IMG/VR virus record: IMGVR_UViG_3300032219_000995
Coordinates: 1-35,943 of that record
Length of the DNA: 35,943 nt
DNA from: a virus
Lineage: Duplodnaviria > Caudoviricetes
Strand: one strand, 5' to 3'
In this document: positions 34,169 to 35,943 of the stretch, in pieces
How the letters are laid out: every line of letters starts with the position of its first letter
How positions within the stretch are numbered: the stretch's first letter is position 1
Translations under genes and position numbers: made by a program
Notes under the pieces: generated by a model
Database searches by the model: none
Told to the model about the DNA's origin: nothing
Seen by the model: the letters and a program-made list of their open reading frames with translations, nothing else

Positions 34169-34765
34169 ATGTCTGCAACATCTGCTCCGTTTGGCTTGCG
34201 CCCTGCGTTCCACCCGAGTGGTCTGGACCGCGCTCAAGCGCTTGCTGGCGGTATTGTTTCGGCTTACGCATCTGATATTTTGAAGGGCCAACCGGTCAAG
34301 TATGACACGGGTGGCACCATCGTTCCGGCCGCTGCTACTGAAGCGTTTGTCGGTGCTTTCGCTGGCGTCGAGTGGACTGATACCACTGGCCGTCGTCGCG
34401 TCTCGAACTACTGGCCGGCTAACACTGCCTACCAAACCGGTTCGTGCGTGGCTTATTTCTACAACGACCCCAACATCGTTTATGAAATTCAAGCTGACGG
34501 TACCCTGACTCAAGCTGCTATCGGTGACGAAGCTGACCTGAGCAACACCACTGCTGGCTCCAATGTTACGGGCCTGTCGCAATGCACGCTTTCGACCACC
34601 CTTGCTGGTGCAAACGGTCTGAAGCAAATGCGCATTGTTGACCTCGCTCCGTATCCGGACAACGCTTGGGGTGATACGTACGTTATCGTCCGTGCCACCA
34701 TTTCTCAATTCCAATTCGGCCAAGTTCGCGTCTCGGGCGCTAACTACACGCCGGTTGCTGTTTAA
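34169..34765 (+). CDS. Capsid decoration/stabilising protein
   Basis: 198 aa, 'APFGLRP', 'VGAF.GVEWTD', 'DP.IVYEIQ'. AAGGAG RBS, strong codon bias, directly before the major capsid gene. Confidence 0.65.
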   Translation: MSATSAPFGLRPAFHPSGLDRAQALAGGIVSAYASDILKGQPVKYDTGGTIVPAAATEAFVGAFAGVEWTDTTGRRRVSNYWPANTAYQTGSCVAYFYNDPNIVYEIQADGTLTQAAIGDEADLSNTTAGSNVTGLSQCTLSTTLAGANGLKQMRIVDLAPYPDNAWGDTYVIVRATISQFQFGQVRVSGANYTPVAV

Positions 34766-34778
34766 GGAGGGTTGAAAA

Positions 34779-35693
34779 ATGGCAGCCCCGATGCGCAGTA
34801 CAGACTTTCGTTCAATTGTTGAGCCTATCCTCAACGAATGTTTCGATGGTGTCTATGACCAACGTACCGACGAATGGTCGCGTGTTTTCCGCGAACAAGA
34901 AGGTATCCCCCGCAACTACCACGAAGAGCCGGTTCTATACGGCTTTGGCGCGGCACCGCAACTGCCTGACGGCACGCCGGTTTCGTACCAACAAGGTGGT
35001 GTGCTGTTCCTCAAGCGCTACGTTTACAACGTGTATGGTCTGGCCTTCGCCCTGACCAAAGTGCTGGTGGAAGACGGCGACCACATCCGTATCGGTCAAG
35101 TCTACGCCCGTCACCTTGCTCAGTCGCTGATTGAGACCAAGGAAACCCTGTGCGCCAACGTGCTGAACCGTGCGTTCAACGCCGCCTACCCGGGTGGTGA
35201 CGGTGTGGCCCTGAACTCGGCCTCGCACCCGATTGTTAACGGTACCTTCAGCAACCTGCTGACCACCCCGGCTAACCTGTCGCAAACCTCGCTTGAGCAA
35301 ATGCTCATCCAGATTCGTCAGGCTGTGGACAACAACGGCAAGAAGATTCGTCTGGTTCCGCGCCAACTGGTCGTGGCCCCGGGCAACATCTTCCAAGCTG
35401 AAGTTCTGCTGAAGTCGGTGCTGCGTGCTGGTAACGCTAACAACGACGTCAACCCGATTAAGTCGATTGGCTTGCTGGACGAAGGCGCTGCTGTTCTGTC
35501 GCGTCTGACTTCGCCGACCGCTTGGTGGGTGCAGACCGACGCTCCGGAAGGCATGAAGCTGCTGATGCGCCGTAAGCTGGAAAAAACGATGGAGGGAGAC
35601 TTTGAGACTGATTCAATGCGTTATAAAGCCACGGAGCGTTATGACGTAGGTTTCACTGACCCCCGTGCCATGTATGGTACCCCCGGTGTTTAA
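34779..35693 (+). CDS. Major capsid protein (HK97 fold, Mu gpT-like family)
   Basis: 304 aa with an AAGGAGG RBS. 'YGLAFALT....ED', 'GGDGVAL.S.SHP', 'PRQLVV', 'DFETD..RYKA.ERY..G..DPR..YG..G'. Confidence 0.9.
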   Translation: MAAPMRSTDFRSIVEPILNECFDGVYDQRTDEWSRVFREQEGIPRNYHEEPVLYGFGAAPQLPDGTPVSYQQGGVLFLKRYVYNVYGLAFALTKVLVEDGDHIRIGQVYARHLAQSLIETKETLCANVLNRAFNAAYPGGDGVALNSASHPIVNGTFSNLLTTPANLSQTSLEQMLIQIRQAVDNNGKKIRLVPRQLVVAPGNIFQAEVLLKSVLRAGNANNDVNPIKSIGLLDEGAAVLSRLTSPTAWWVQTDAPEGMKLLMRRKLEKTMEGDFETDSMRYKATERYDVGFTDPRAMYGTPGV

Positions 35694-35719
35694 CGTTTAA
35701 AACGGCAAAAAAGCAAACC

Positions 35720-35943
35720 ATGGCACGCGATGCAGAAAACGCAAAACGCTTAAAGCGCGAGTGGTATCTGAAAAATCGCGAGCTAACCAAGGCTCGTGCA
35801 AAAACATGGGCCGAGATTAATCCTGAGCGCAGGAAAGAAATTCACGAAAAAAATCGAGAGATTTATCGTGAACAACACAAGGCTTACAACAGGTCATGGT
35901 TTGCTGCAAACAGTGAAAAGCGTGCTGCTTATGAAGCCAAACG
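35720..35943 (+). CDS. Probable free-standing HNH-type endonuclease, 5' partial
   Basis: Basic helical repeats 'REWYLKNRE', 'WAEINPER', 'WFAANSEKR' typically precede phage HNH domains. The catalytic domain is outside the window. Confidence 0.5.
   Translation, partial: MARDAENAKRLKREWYLKNRELTKARAKTWAEINPERRKEIHEKNREIYREQHKAYNRSWFAANSEKRAAYEAK

Noticed and set aside
1-35943. Alternative genetic code (stop-codon reassignment)
   Set aside because: Core genes are intact under the standard bacterial code, TAA, TAG and TGA all end genes, and there is no suppressor tRNA.

Overview
This window covers most of a tailed dsDNA phage genome with a podovirus-like layout, and both ends are cut mid-gene. 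From left to right it holds: the 3' end of a GH24 lysozyme; adaptor, tail and nozzle genes plus five large probable internal-virion/ejection genes (204-12754, +); a leftward recombination and nucleotide-metabolism operon (SSB-like, MazG-like, PD-(D/E)XK exonuclease); a Cro-like HTH gene with RusA and nuclease genes; an accessory region of small ORFs, repeated leader cassettes, structured non-coding segments and an atypical initiator-type tRNA(CAT); and terS, terL, portal, GroES, scaffold and major capsid genes followed by a partial probable free-standing endonuclease. No integrase, DNA polymerase, primase, helicase or initiator is recognisable. The strongest finding is a 295-aa intein at the TerL Walker B motif whose HNH endonuclease is not fused in frame. 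It is a separate gene overprinted in the -1 frame, and its RBS, start and stop codons are formed by codons of the intein's splicing motifs. Other leads are a truncated mimic of DNA Pol III tau domain V, two structured RNA candidates, a PhaR-box small peptide, an RBS-occluding hairpin on terS and an apparently recoded capsid 3' end. All product calls come from motif recognition by eye, with no database search.
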